Positions 48,426-60,565 of a stretch of DNA of 64,000 nt are shown piece after piece. Every line of letters begins with the position of its first letter. Position 1 is the first letter of the stretch. The notes below the pieces were generated by a model. That model was not told where the DNA came from. It searched no databases and saw only the letters and a list, made by a program, of their open reading frames with translations. This DNA is from Phaeosaccion multiseriatum. Its lineage: Eukaryota; Protista; Ochrophyta, other classes. Location of the stretch: NCBI GenBank assembly GCA_965112735.1, contig OZ218952.1, forward strand, positions 1,488,001-1,552,000. Reading direction: 5' to 3'. The translations under genes were made by a program, and so were the position numbers.

Positions 48426-51400
48426 GGAGAGAGATCCTTCCAGCAACACTTACTTATAAGCGAGCGGTTCTTGGCCTTGAGGTCCCGCACTGACTTCTCA
48501 GCCACTCGAAGCTGATCAAGCTGCTGCCTGTAGCTCGCCTGCAGCCCCACCACGGCCCCCCTCAAGTTGTCCGACTCCGCCGCCTCGGCCTCGCTGAGGC
48601 GTTGTTCGCTGTTGGCAGCGGCCACTTCTGCGGCTTCGGCTTTGAGTTTGGCGATGATGGCGTCAAAGTAGCGTCTTTGCTCCTGGAGCAGGAGGGAGGG
48701 AGGGGGAGAAGAGGGGAAGAGAGGGGGAGAGGAGGAGGACAAGAGGAGAGCTTAGAAGAGGAGAAGAGGTGAAGAGGGGAGGGGAGGAGGAGAAGAAGAG
48801 CGAATAGAAGAGGAGAAGGGGCGGAGAGGAGAAGACTGTAAACAAGAACAAGTGAGAAGTTTGTGCTTGCCTGCTTTGCTTGTTCTACTTGCCTTGCCTT
48901 GCCTTGCCTTGCCTTCCTATTCTTTCTCCTCCTCTCCCTTCCCTCCCTCTCTTCATCACTGACCTCGAGCTGAGACGCCAGTAGAGCGTCGAACTCTCTG
49001 GCTACACTGGCGACCTTGGTTGCTTCCACCACGTCGTCCTCCGAGTAGTAGCTCTTGCCCCCCCGTCCTCCTCCTCCTCCTCCACCACCTCCTTCACCGG
49101 CGCCCCCGCCGCCCCTCGGCTCTCCCAGCATGCCCCCCCCCCCCCCTCTAACGATCCCGCCTCTGCCTGCACTCGCCCCCTGACCTCCTCCTCCTCCTCC
49201 TCCTCCTCCTTCCCATCCTTCAGCAGCAGCTGCAGCAGCAGCGACGGCGATAGAGTCGTGACCTTCCGTCACGGCAAGGCTCCGGAAGCGTGACGAGAGG
49301 CCTAGATCTGGTTCTCTGGTCTGTCGACTGCGCAGAGAAGAAGAAGAAGAAGAAAAAGAAGAAGGAGAAAAGGATGAAGAGGAAGACATGCCGCCCCAAC
49401 CTCCACCTCCACCTCCGCCCCGTCCATCCCCGCCCCCTCTTCCCCCCTCCAACGGGTAGTGGTACTGCGGGTACTGCTCCTCCAAAGGCAGGTGCACGTG
49501 TCGGTCCCCCTGGGGGGGGAGTGGTTACAAATGTCGGAAGAGGGCAACAACAGGGGGCGAGGGAGAGAATATCGCACCACAGAGTCGAAACGATGGGGGA
49601 AGGGTGGCGTAAGGTACACTTACTACAGCCGACCCTTCGCCCTCCCCCCCGCCGCCGCTTGAAGGTGGGGTGGGAAGTATCTCGAGCAAGAGAAAAGTAG
49701 CCCCCCGCAAGTTTCCTTCCTCCATGCATGTACGTCGGGCGCCGTGCATGTCCGCACACATCGCCCTCCCCCCCCTCAATAGTGAAGAGTTACACAACCC
49801 TCCCCACTTAACAAAGAATTCCACCTCCTTCCTTCCTCCCTCACACCAAAATACCCAATACCTGGTACCCAATACCCAACACCCGATACCCAATACCCGA
49901 TACCCAACCCTTCCTACCCCAAGTGTACCTGATAGTCCCACACCCTTCCCGTGCTGATCTCCAGGGAGAAGGAGTGGTGCGTGTGTGCGGCGTGTGCCTT
50001 GGCGTGCTCCCTCGTGTACCGACCGCAGCCCACGTGCCCACACACGAGGCAAATCCAAAGATTGTGGGCGATGCCGCACGATGCGCAGCTAATGACGAGC
50101 CTACTGCTTGTGCTACTACTGCTGCTGCTACTACTACTGCTGGCACTGGGGGCGGGTCTAGGAGAGCGCCGTGAGGGGAGGCCCGCTGCATCACCAACTG
50201 TTGTTGCTGCTGCTGCTGCTACTGCTGTTGTCGTTGATACCGTTGATGCTGCTGCTCCCGGGGTGGGAGAGGGAGATGCGGAAGGGGAGGGCGAGAGGCC
50301 GGAAGAGCCGCCGAAGGAGAATGCCAGCGTACGGCAAGTCTTGCAAGAAGGCCAGTGGTAGGGTCTCAAGTCTCCTCCTTGCGCCGCCCTACCCTGCCCC
50401 TTCCCAGCTCTTGGCAACGGGATGGCGCAGATGACGGGATCCAATCGGTCTAGGCAAGTGGGGCAGGCAGGCAGCTGCACTCTCGTCGGAATGGCTTCCT
50501 TCTCCTCCTCCTTCCCCTCCTTGTCCTCCTCCTCAGTAGCAGTACCAGCGTCGTACCCCTCCTTCACGATCTACTTTGGCGGTTCCCGACCGCATACGCA
50601 TACACACCCGCAGAGAGAGGGAGGGGTTTGTGTAAGCAGGAAGCGAATAGGGAGACCCAAAAAAGAGGAGACAGAGGGGCTCCAAGTCATCGTACCGCAC
50701 CATGACACACGCACGCACGCACGCACGCACACAATCACACACTCACTTGGAGTTCGGACAGGAAGAGCAGCCGAGGCAGCACCGGGGCTCCTTCCGCGTC
50801 AGGCACATGCACATTGCTGTAACGGTCCACAAAAGTCGCTGCCGCTGCCTGATGAGTGAGAGAGGGTGTGTGAGAGAGAGAGGAGAGAGAGAAGGGGGGA
50901 GGCAGGGAGGGAGGGGAAAGAGGGAGAGGGAGAGAGAGAGGGAGAGGGAGGGAAGAGAGAGCCGTAAGACAAATAAAGTCGCGCGTACATGTCTTGGAGA
51001 TGGACGTACACACTTTTGCTCTTCCAATCCGTCTCTCTCTCTGTCTCTCTCTCTCTCTCAGAAAACGACTGACTGGATGATACCTCTGTGTGAAAGTGTA
51101 GTACCACTGTGTACTGATCTGGCCACGACGGATGGATGATTCTCCTCGCCAGCTCCAAGCCTTCTCCGCCCACCCAAATGCTGCTGCTTGTACTACTACT
51201 GCTCCTCCTCTTGAAGCTGGTGAAGCTGCTTTCTCCACCACCGACGCTAGCATCCTCGTTGACGCCGCTTGTTTCCTCCTTCTCCTCCTCCTCCTCCTCC
51301 TCCTCCTCCTCCTCCTCCTCCTCCTCCTCCTCCTCCTCCACCTTCTCCTCCTCCTCCTTCTCCTCCTCCTGCTGCTGCTGTGCAGCCTTCCTCCTCAAAT

Positions 51401-52098
51401 AGCCCCCCCAAAAGTGGCAAGAAGCGGGCAGGGCGAGGACGCAGAGCATCCTTTTATTGGCCCCTTGTAAGGGCCTTTTCCTCCCCGGACATCTTTGAGC
51501 ACGCCCCCCAGCTCTTGTGGCTGTAGCATCCCCCCTACTGCTGATGTTACTGCCATCGACTGGAGGAGGGGGGGGAGGAGGAGGAGCAGAGTGGGCGGTC
51601 TGTATCGTTTCCTCAACATCCGTCTCCGCGTCTTGTTTCCACAGCTCGATGCCACCAAAATGTGTCACTGGGGGCAGGGTTGGGCAGCCGCCATCGCCAT
51701 CGTCTCCGCTGCTCTTATACGCCTCCGCCGTAGACGAAGAAAGGAGTGGAGCAGCACCAGCAGAGGCACCAGTAGCAGCAGCAGCAGCAGCAACAGGAGG
51801 AGGAGGAAGAGCCTCCGCCTGCCACCCTGGCCCTCCGAGGGATAGGAGAGATTCTCCTGTAGGGGACAGAACACAGGCGCCAAAGGCACGAGAGGGAGGA
51901 TCAGGCCATTGGTAGTGTCGTGCGAGAAAAAATGGTGCTCTCCGGTACTACCCCTCGGACACTCTACTCTCCAAACATCAGAGGGCTCGATAAAAGAGGC
52001 GGCAGGACGGGGTCTGCACAAGGATACACACGTCCATTTCTAATCATTTCGCTGCACGTACGTGTGCAACCCCTCTCCTTCACCCTCAGTTTGAGCAT
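47474..52098 (-). CDS. BRAP2: BRCA1-associated protein BRAP2/IMP/ETP1 homolog (BRAP2 domain, degenerate RING, UBP-type zinc finger, coiled coil)
   Basis: MLCVLALP..QYTVVLHF..A..F...Y; LPACPTCLDRLD..SCKTCR; CASC...NLWICLVCGHVGCGRY.REHAKAH...T.HSFSLE..TGRVWDYQGD.HVH; EFDALLASQLEEQRRYF; IAELEQQVQDLTFYL. The start exon (MLKLRVK, ATG 52098) is tentative. Confidence 0.9.
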
Positions 52099-52256
52099 GC
52101 TGCTGCTTCTAATATATACGCTTGTCCTGTGCGCTGTTGTTTGTGGCGATAGGATGCGTTGAGATGAGGTTCCATCTGGTGCCATCTGCGCCCCTCGAGA
52201 CAGTTTCAGTTTTCAACGATCTTTCACCGAGAAGCTTGCCATAATACATTATAGTT

Positions 52257-55200
52257 ATGGCTCCGAGGTCCGCCAAAGCGGCGGCTTGTCGCTTTACGGC
52301 AGCGCAGGAGGCCATAATTCACCAAAAAGAGATGGCCAGGAAGAGAGCTCTCTACAAGGAGCCCATCGACTGGAATGTCACTGACTTTATGGGACACGTG
52401 AGTACGCGCACTGTACTTAAGGGGGGGCTGTTTTGCAGAGGCACACAAGCGTCGTCTCTTCCCCTCTGACTTTATCCCTCTCCCTCCCCACAACAGTATC
52501 ACCTGTCCCAAATGGGGAAGGGTCTGGAGAATGTGGTGCCCGGCACGGCGGTGCAGCTGGACCATGAGAGGCGGGATTTCGTCAAGGGCCGCTCAGAGTG
52601 GTGGCAGGAACAGGTGGACGACATTCAGGTGGAGCACAAGAAGAAAGCCAAGCTCCGGGTCAGGCAGGAAGTCGTCAAGGACAGGGTCATGGTGAGTGCA
52701 GTCCCTGTCATCAACCTCCTCAAAGTCATCCAAGTGTGTATTCATTGACACAATCCATCGTGAATATGTTTATCCGCTGTGATGTGCCCTCCCCGCCCCA
52801 TGCACAGATCCGCGGGCACGTGGGTATCAAGATGGACAAAGTGCAGAGCTTCTACGACAGCTTCCAGAAGAACGTGCGCCTCAATAGGAGGAGGCAGCAG
52901 GCGCCCACTAAGGCCTACCTTGAACTCATGAAGATGGTAGGGTGTCGGGCCAGGGTAGGGCAGGGTGAAAGGACAGAAAAGGGGGCGGAAGAAGTGCCCC
53001 CTAGTACATCTATCTCCATCTGTCGATCTGGGGGTGGGCGGGAGAAGAGAAGAGGGGACGAAGGGAAGAGGGGGACAGACCAGAGGCTGGCCTTCTCCCT
53101 TCCTTGCCCTGACTAACACCTGAGACCTGTGGTGCTTGCTGAACTGAACTGACCGTTTCGTAATAGTGCCGTGGGCAAGCAAGATAGGCGAGGCAGGGAC
53201 ACCGTATCGTCTCTTGACTTCAGCGGTCCATAGCTAACACTCCCTCTTCTCCCTCCTCTCGCCGCACACCTTTTCCTGACTCCGATTCAATCATCAGATT
53301 GAGGCTGGAGATTTGTATAATGTCAAGAGAATGCTACGACGGCCTCCCGGTAAAGGCGGGGAAGGGCAAGGGGAAGGGCAAGGGGAAGGGCAAGGGGAAA
53401 CGGGGAGCTCCTCCTCCTCCGCCTTCCGATGCCTCGACACACCCGACCCTTCCCACGGCTACACCCCTCTGCACAAGTGAGCGATGTTCATTTGATGTGT
53501 CACAGATAGGCAGTGGGGCTGGGGGCGAAGCGAAGCAACAAGGCAGAAGAGGGAAAGGTATGGCTCGAGGAGAGCCTTCATCAGTCAGTCAGTCAGTCAG
53601 TCAGTGAGCCCCTTGCTCACGCAACTGTGGCCAGTGGCCAATGTGACCCCCCCCCTTTCTGACCTGATCTCGTTAATCCCTTTCCCTTTCTCGCCTTTCT
53701 CTCTCTCTCCCTCTCACCCCCCACACCCCACCTCCCCCATGCTCCCTCCCTCTCTCTTGTCTCGTCTTTCGTGTTTCTCTCTCGCACCAACGAAACCAAC
53801 GAAACCACCACCAACCAACCAACCAACCAACCAACAAACCAACCCAACCCAACCAAAGAGCGATCATGCTGGGCCATGTGGACATCGTCTCCGTCCTGCT
53901 GCAGGCCGGCGCGCACACCAACCTGAGTGATAACATGGGCAGCACGCCCCTCCACTGCTGCTGGAGGTTCTGGACAGGAGATCCCAAGAAGCTGCTACTC
54001 TGGACCAAGCATCCGTTCCACATGAGGACCAAAGCTCAGTATCAAGCCCTCGACCGCATGAAGGAGGAGGTGCGTATTTGCGTGCGTGTGTTTTGATACG
54101 TCTCTGTGAGTTACTGATGCACCAACGCCAACAACACAACGAAACAGGCGGGCCGCACTGCTCAGCTCTGCCACATGCTGCTCCGGCAAGGCGCGGACGT
54201 GGACGCAAAGCGCGACAACGGCGCCACTGCCCTACACGAAGTAGCGCAGAAGGGCACTATGAAGGTATGTCTCACAGGTCGAGGGCATGGGGCAGCAGTT
54301 GGTGATACGGTGGGGTGTGTGTGTGGGGGGGTGGTTTGTGGCGCCAGAGGGCTGCTACCACACTCTGCCGGTCACCCCATCACCTGTTGTGTGCAACTCT
54401 CGCACACAGTGCCTCACCTCCTCCCGGCCCGCCCTGCCCGTTTTCTGTGAACCCCCCCCTTCTCATCTGCCCGAATGCCTCCAACTCCACGCCAGGCCCT
54501 CATGACGCTTCTCCTCTGCAAAGCGGATCACACCATTAGGTGCGCTCCCTCTTCCCCTCCTTCCCCTCCTTCCCCTCGTTCCCCTCCTTCCCTTCTTCCT
54601 CCTCCTCACTCTCTCCCCAATCGAGCGTCACGCTTTGCTTTAGGCACTTGGCTCGTCGCCCTTGTCCCCCCCCCTGCCCCTTAATCTTTGTGGAGGCTCT
54701 TGGCTTGTCCCCCTTGTCCCCCCTTGCCGTTTCCCACCAGCCTTCGTTCCGTCCTTCCTTCCGTAGCAGTTGCTGTTTGGTAGACTTTGCCCAACACCAA
54801 CCAAGATATCGATACCCAATGCTTCTATTCGTAACTCACTCCTTCCTTCCTTCCTTCCTTCCTTCCTTCCTTCCTTCCTTCCTTCCTTCCTTCCTTCCTT
54901 CCTTCCTTCCTTCCTTCCTTCCTTCCTTCCTCCCTTCCTGTCCACCGTATTCAAACGGAACAAACACAACAACAGAGACCACCGCGGCTTGTCCCCTACC
55001 GACGTGGCCCGCCGAGCAGGACAGACAGATATTGCCGCTGTGCTGGGCGTGTGGACCAAGGTGGGAGGAGGGGAGCACACATAGACAGAGAGGGAGGGAG
55101 GAGAGGAGAGAAGAGAAGAGAAGAGAGAGAGCCAGACCACATGAACAACATCGTACCGTTTACGCCCCCAGCCCTCACTCCTCACCCAAACTCTCACCCC

Positions 55201-57330
55201 TCGCCCTACTCTACAAGTCACCCTACCATACCCTCTCGCCCTCACCCCCTAACATGCTAAACAAACCCTATCACACCCTCACCCTTAACCTCACCCCGGA
55301 CCCGTGCAGGTGCGAGAGCGCTACTACGACAGTGAATTCCTGGGCGAGTGGATGCAGTGGTGCCTCGACCCTGACGCCACCTTCCCGGGCACCACTCACG
55401 CCTCGGAGGTCATCTCGCAGCTGCTCACAGAGGCCTTGGAGGTAGGGAAAGCAGCGAGCGTCAGGTGTTGCTCTTCGGGCTTGCCATGTGGGGATGGTAG
55501 CGGATGGTGGTGGACAGTGTGTGGGAAGCTCACACCACTCTGTTCTCTCTCTCGGTCTCTCTCACCCACTCCCTCTCTTGTCTCTCTCTGTCTCTCTCTC
55601 TCTCTCTCCCTCTCTCTCCTCCCCTCTCCTCCCCTCCCATCCCCTCCTTTGTAGGATCAAGCCGACGTTCGAGCCCGAGGAGGGTTTCTGGTGCTGGACG
55701 AGACCATCACGGGACCTCTCCCTCTGTCATACACGGACCGCAAGCAGCACCAAGGCCTCCACATGACCGCCTCGAAGGCAGGGGAGGAACTGCACAAGGA
55801 GGGAACGTTGTCGACCGGGGGCGATGGGAGTACTACTACTGCTACTGGTACTCGTGCTAGTGCTAGTGCTACCATCGCTACTGTTGACACTGGTGCTGAT
55901 CCGGCTGCTGCTGCTGCTCCTGCTACTGCCACTGCTACTGCTACTGCTACCACTCCTTGTTTTGAGAGTAACAACGCTTGTGATGGGCGTGGTGGTCAGA
56001 GTTGCTCGGTCCCTTCTCCTCGACACGGGGAGGGGGGAGAAAGAGAAGGAGGAGGAGGAGGAGGAGGAGGAGGAGGAGGAGATGGTGGTGCCATGCATGG
56101 CTGTGAAGAAGGAGTAGGAGAAGAAGATGAAGTAGACGACGGTGGTGCGCACTCGCACTCTCCGTCCCTCTTCCACAGTACAGATGTGCGTCCCAACACC
56201 CGGAGCCGCATCGGTCAGCCCCTTGGAGAGTTTTTGGAGCAGGGCAAGCGGGAGGCAAGGCTCAAGATCAATCCTGACACCGCCAAGCGCCTGACAGTCA
56301 TCGCCGCCGTCATGCAGAAGCAGAGTGAGGACGTAAAGAGCAGGGCACCGCGTCACGAGCGGAAGGGCTTATGTCTGGACGTCTTCTCTCGCCCGGTGAC
56401 GAGCAGCACACACCGCAGGTGGGTGGGTGGGTGGGTGGGTGGGTGGGTTCGTGGGTGGGGTGGTTGATTGGTTGGCTGGTTGGTTAGTTGGTTGGTCGGT
56501 CGGTCGGTCGGTCGATCTCGTCCTTCTTGCTCGCTTGCGTGCTGCGTCTTCACTCAGCTGCCGCTACTGTAACTCCTCGCCCAGTTGCCGCTGCTGCTAC
56601 TCCTCAATTCTTCACCTCCTTATCTCCTCACCCCCCCCCCTGTCCCTCCTCCTCCTCCTCCTCCTCCTCCTCCTCCTCCTCCTCCTCCCCGCCCCTCACA
56701 CACACTTACACCATCACCAGACATGCGGCGGCCGTGATGCTCGCCTCCGACGGTCTACACGAGGGCCAAGTGAGGCCCGCCACAGTCAGTTCCCTCCTCA
56801 CCTCCCGCCCCACAGGCGGTTCTACGGCAGAAGTGAACGCACACTACCACTACGGCACCCGCTTGCTCGTACCCAAGGTCATGCAGCGTCTCCACGAGCG
56901 TCAAAGACTCAAACCCAGCTCCACCATCAACGTGCCTACAGACGGACGCAGCTCGTTGGAGCTAGCGATGGCAGCAGGGGGAGGCGGAGGCGGAGGCAGA
57001 CACGTGGCGGGCGCTGCGGTGTACTTGAACGAGAACCGTGTGGCATTCAATGACCCGGCCTTGCTCCCGAGTGCGGTGGTGAGAGAGCAGGACCGTCTGC
57101 CGGGTAACCTTCACGCCTCGCACTGTCGCATGGTAGAGCGACAGAGGAGCAAGCGGCCCTTTAGCAAGTTGCAGGACGCGAGGAGAGTGGATAAGAGGCA
57201 GCATGACGATGTGTACGTGGGGACGTTGCCGGACTGGGGGGGCACTTTCGATGACCGGCTGGTGCACACGTGCTCGCAGCCGCTACTAAGCCTCAAGGTG
57301 GGGGAAGGGTTTACTGGCGGGGTGTTGTAG
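52257..57330 (+). CDS. Multi-exon ankyrin-repeat protein of unknown function
   Basis: Spliced ankyrin units GYTPLHK/AIMLGHVDIVSVLLQAGAHTNLSDNMGSTPLH, LLRQGADVDAKRDNGATALHEVAQKG, DHRGLSPTDVARRAGQTDIAAVL. GT-AG exon chain ending ...GEGFTGGVL* at 57330. Confidence 0.75.
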
Positions 57331-57414
57331 AGTAGGACGGAAGGAGAGAGGGGAACGAAGAGTAGTAGTAGAGGAGGCGACACTCTGAAGCAAGCTTCCA
57401 CTAGCTACTACCCC

Positions 57415-57703
57415 TTCGGCCCTGGAAGAGGTTATCAGATTACTGATTACGGCCGGCGCAGCCGGCCTGATTACTGATTACTGCCGGCGCCAGCCGGCCT
57501 GATTACTGATTATGGCGCCAGCCGGGCCTGATTACTGATTATGGCCGGCGCCAGCCGGGTCTGATTACTGATTATGACCGGCGCCAGCCGGCCTGATTAC
57601 TGATTATGACGGGCGCTAGCCGGCCTGATTACTGATTATTGGCGCCAGCCGGCCTGATTACTGATTATGACCGGCGCACACTGTAACCTCTTCCAGGGCC
57701 GAA
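57415..57703. mobile_element. 289-bp MITE-like element: perfect 20-bp TIRs enclosing an 8-unit ~30-bp tandem array
   Basis: TTCGGCCCTGGAAGAGGTTA (57415-57434) and its exact reverse complement (57684-57703). CCCC on both outer sides. Internal units GATTACTGATTA-x-GGCGCCAGCCGGCCT. Confidence 0.85.
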
Positions 57704-58108
57704 CCCCTGGCTGGTGCCGGTGTGCTGCAAGTGCCACGGTACTACCAACCGTGCTGCCTCACAAGGTGCACGAGTGAAAGTGCTGCCATTGCTTGATGTT
57801 GCAAGAAGAGACAGAGAGACAGAGAGAGAAGGAGGGCGGGAGTTGACCTCCTTTAGCAGTCTGGCTGCCGTAAACCGTATCTTTCTCTCTCTTTCGCAGC
57901 CATACGCTCCTTCTTTGTGCTTGACCGATCTTCACTGCAAAAGTGTGCGACTAGCTAGAGAGAGCCGAAGGCCCTCGGTCTATGTATGTGGGCTATTTAT
58001 GCGGGCCGGCGCTAGATCATCGCCCATTCTCGGTAGCATGATGCTAGTATCGGCCGTCGGCCGCCGGCCGATAGTAATTATAACAAAAAAATAATAATAA
58101 TGAAGCAC

Positions 58109-58217
58109 GCCGGCTGGCGCCGACGATAGCAGATAGCACGTCGGCTGGCGCCGGCGATAGCAGATAGCATGCTATCGGACTCCGGCTGGCGCCGGCGATA
58201 GCAGACAGCAGACAGCG
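58109..58217. repeat. Three-unit tandem repeat CGGCTGGCGCCG[A/G]CGATAGCAGA[T/C]AGC
   Basis: Direct reading; the core is the reverse complement of the core in the 57.4-57.7 kb array. Confidence 0.75.
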
Positions 58218-58530
58218 GATGAGGAAGAAGAAAGGAAAAGAAAAAAAACGTAACCCAGGGGGGTCACGGCGAGAGGTGCAACTCCCAAGTCAAGAAAAAA
58301 ATGACCCGACCCACCACAAACCACTGCGGCATGCGCTGATTTTTCCCTCCCTTTCACCTAGTGCCACTCCATCCTCCCCCACAGAAAGAGTAGCTTTAGG
58401 CGTCTGTCTGTCCCTATCCAAAGCAGGGTCGGCTGCGCGGGAGCTCGGGAGGTTAGAATAATACCTCTTCGGTATTGAGCTTGAAGAGACGAAGAGGTCT
58501 GAAAAGAAAGGAGAGGGATAGATCGTAGTG

Positions 58531-60279
58531 ATGGCACACTTCAGACGCTGTACGTCCAGCAGCGGGCCGGCGCGAGGCCTTTCTTCGTGTGTGAAGCCGT
58601 GGCTCCTGGCTGCTCTCTGTGTGGTGGGCTCATCATCGGCTTCGGCAGGTTTCGGCCAGGCGGAATTCTTGGGAAACAAGGCTTCAGTGGATGGGGCACG
58701 TCCAGCAGCATCATCTGGTGGGGGAGTGGATGCGTCGAGCGCTAAGCATCATCACTTTGCCTTGGAAGGGGCCTACGCTGCTGTCTCAGCCCCAGCAGGG
58801 GGTTCTGCGACTCACTCCTTCGTCTCGCAACAACGGCTCCTCGGGCCTTTTGGTGATAGGAACCAAAGGACGTTGCAGGAGGAGGAGGAGGACCATGACT
58901 CACACGACGAGGGGGAGGAGCACGATTCGCACGAGGACGAGGACCACGAGGACGAGGAGCACGACTCCGACGAGTTCACCAGCCACGATCACGATATGGA
59001 CGGCTACAACGACCACACGCAGGACGGGGGCGATGAGCACGACTCCGATGAATTCACCAGCCACGATCACGATATGGACGGCTACAACGACCACACGCAG
59101 GATGGGGGCGATGAGCACACAGACCACGACTCCCACGACCACGACTCCCACGACCATGACGAAGAGCACGACAGCCACGACGACGTTGCCAGTGGAGGGG
59201 TGGAGGGAGAGGCGGACAGCCACGACAGCCACGAGGGACACGACCACGGAGACGAGGAGGAGCTTGCGTTGGGAGGAGTAGGAGATGTCTCTGTGGACCG
59301 GAACAAGCCCTGGGGCCGGGCCATCGGAGCCGCCCTCTTGGTCAACCTTGCCACTCTCGTTGGTGTCATCTTCCTGGGACCGGGCAGCAAGCTCCTCGGC
59401 ATGCGAGGAAACAGCTTGAGTGACCGCTGCCATGCGATCCTGTACTCCTTCGCCGCTGGCGCTCTCCTCGCAGCGGCATTCTTTCTGCTGCTTTTGGAGT
59501 CCTCTCACCTGATTCAGGGTTCCTTCAGCGACGAGAACGATGTTTCCTGGAGGTGGGGCACGAGTGTGCTGGCGGGGTACATGGTGTCCTTTGTTGGCGA
59601 CCTGGTCACCTCTGCTTTCCACAAGTACACCAGTCGTGGGAGTACGGAGACAGCCGCGGGGGCCATGTCAGCCTCTAACGAGACCACCACTATCGCTGAA
59701 GAGGAGGCAGGACAGCCGAGGGTGGTGTCTTCCACTCCGCAGCAGGGCCTCGAGAAGCCGGGGCTGCAGCAAGACATACAGACCATGATGCGGGTTCGAT
59801 TCGGTGTGCTGGTCGGAGACTTCTTGCACAACTTCGTCGACGGTGTCTTTATCGGGGCTGGCTTCATGCTCTGCGGTGAGGCCAAGGGCTGGGCCATCGC
59901 CGCCGGGACCATTTACCACGAGCTCGCGCAGGAGTTTGCCGACTTCTTCACCCTCACCGGCATTGGAGGTATGAAGCCTTTCTCCGCGCTGGCCTTGAAC
60001 TTCGTGTCCGGACTCTCCGTCGTGGCTGGCGTGATTGTGGTGCTCGCCTCGGATGTGTCCGACGTCACGCTCGGGGTGCTGCTGGCGTTCGGCGCAGGCG
60101 TGTACATTCACGTGGCCGCCTCCGAGAGTCTGCCCAAGGTGTATGCAAGCGTAAATACCATCCAGGACCGATTGTGCGCCCTTGTTGCCTTCATGGTTGG
60201 TGCCACAACCATCGGGCTCGTGCTGCTGGACCACGGCCACTGCACGGCCGGGGGGGCGCACGCCGGACACAACCACTGA
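58531..60279 (+). CDS. Intronless ZIP (SLC39, LIV-1-like) zinc/metal transporter with His/Asp/Glu-rich N-terminal ectodomain
   Basis: Signal-like WLLAALCVVGSSSASAG; TM motifs SFAAGALLAAAFFLLLLES, GDFLHNFVDGVFIG, YHELAQEFADF, LAFGAGVYIHVAASESLP; His-rich C-terminal tail HGHC..HAGHNH. Confidence 0.93.
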   Translation: MAHFRRCTSSSGPARGLSSCVKPWLLAALCVVGSSSASAGFGQAEFLGNKASVDGARPAASSGGGVDASSAKHHHFALEGAYAAVSAPAGGSATHSFVSQQRLLGPFGDRNQRTLQEEEEDHDSHDEGEEHDSHEDEDHEDEEHDSDEFTSHDHDMDGYNDHTQDGGDEHDSDEFTSHDHDMDGYNDHTQDGGDEHTDHDSHDHDSHDHDEEHDSHDDVASGGVEGEADSHDSHEGHDHGDEEELALGGVGDVSVDRNKPWGRAIGAALLVNLATLVGVIFLGPGSKLLGMRGNSLSDRCHAILYSFAAGALLAAAFFLLLLESSHLIQGSFSDENDVSWRWGTSVLAGYMVSFVGDLVTSAFHKYTSRGSTETAAGAMSASNETTTIAEEEAGQPRVVSSTPQQGLEKPGLQQDIQTMMRVRFGVLVGDFLHNFVDGVFIGAGFMLCGEAKGWAIAAGTIYHELAQEFADFFTLTGIGGMKPFSALALNFVSGLSVVAGVIVVLASDVSDVTLGVLLAFGAGVYIHVAASESLPKVYASVNTIQDRLCALVAFMVGATTIGLVLLDHGHCTAGGAHAGHNH

Positions 60280-60565
60280 GAGGAGCTTTGAGCTTTGCCT
60301 TTAGAGCTTTGCTTTGGGCATGTTGACATGCTCGTTGTTTTACGCTCTTCGTTGGGGGGGTGCCCTTCTGTACTTTATGGACGGGGGGGGGGGTGAATGG
60401 AGTACATTGGGGTAAGACCACACAAGGCGACAGTGCAAGGACAGCAGAGATCGTGGCAAGGGGGGGGTGTATGCGGGTGGGGTAGGGGGGGGAGAGTCAG
60501 GCCCCGATGAGCAAGCTGGCTGGATACAATAGAAGGATAGTGGAAAGGAAGATCGTCACTATTTG

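Noticed and set aside
57438-57680. CRISPR-like array
   Set aside because: The units have no unique spacers, lie inside TIRs, and there are no cas genes; it is a minisatellite in a eukaryotic MITE.
58531-60279. ZIP transporter as part of the pyrenoid module (Zn supply to carbonic anhydrase)
   Set aside because: 15 kb and four unrelated genes away, with no shared motif; no sequence support.
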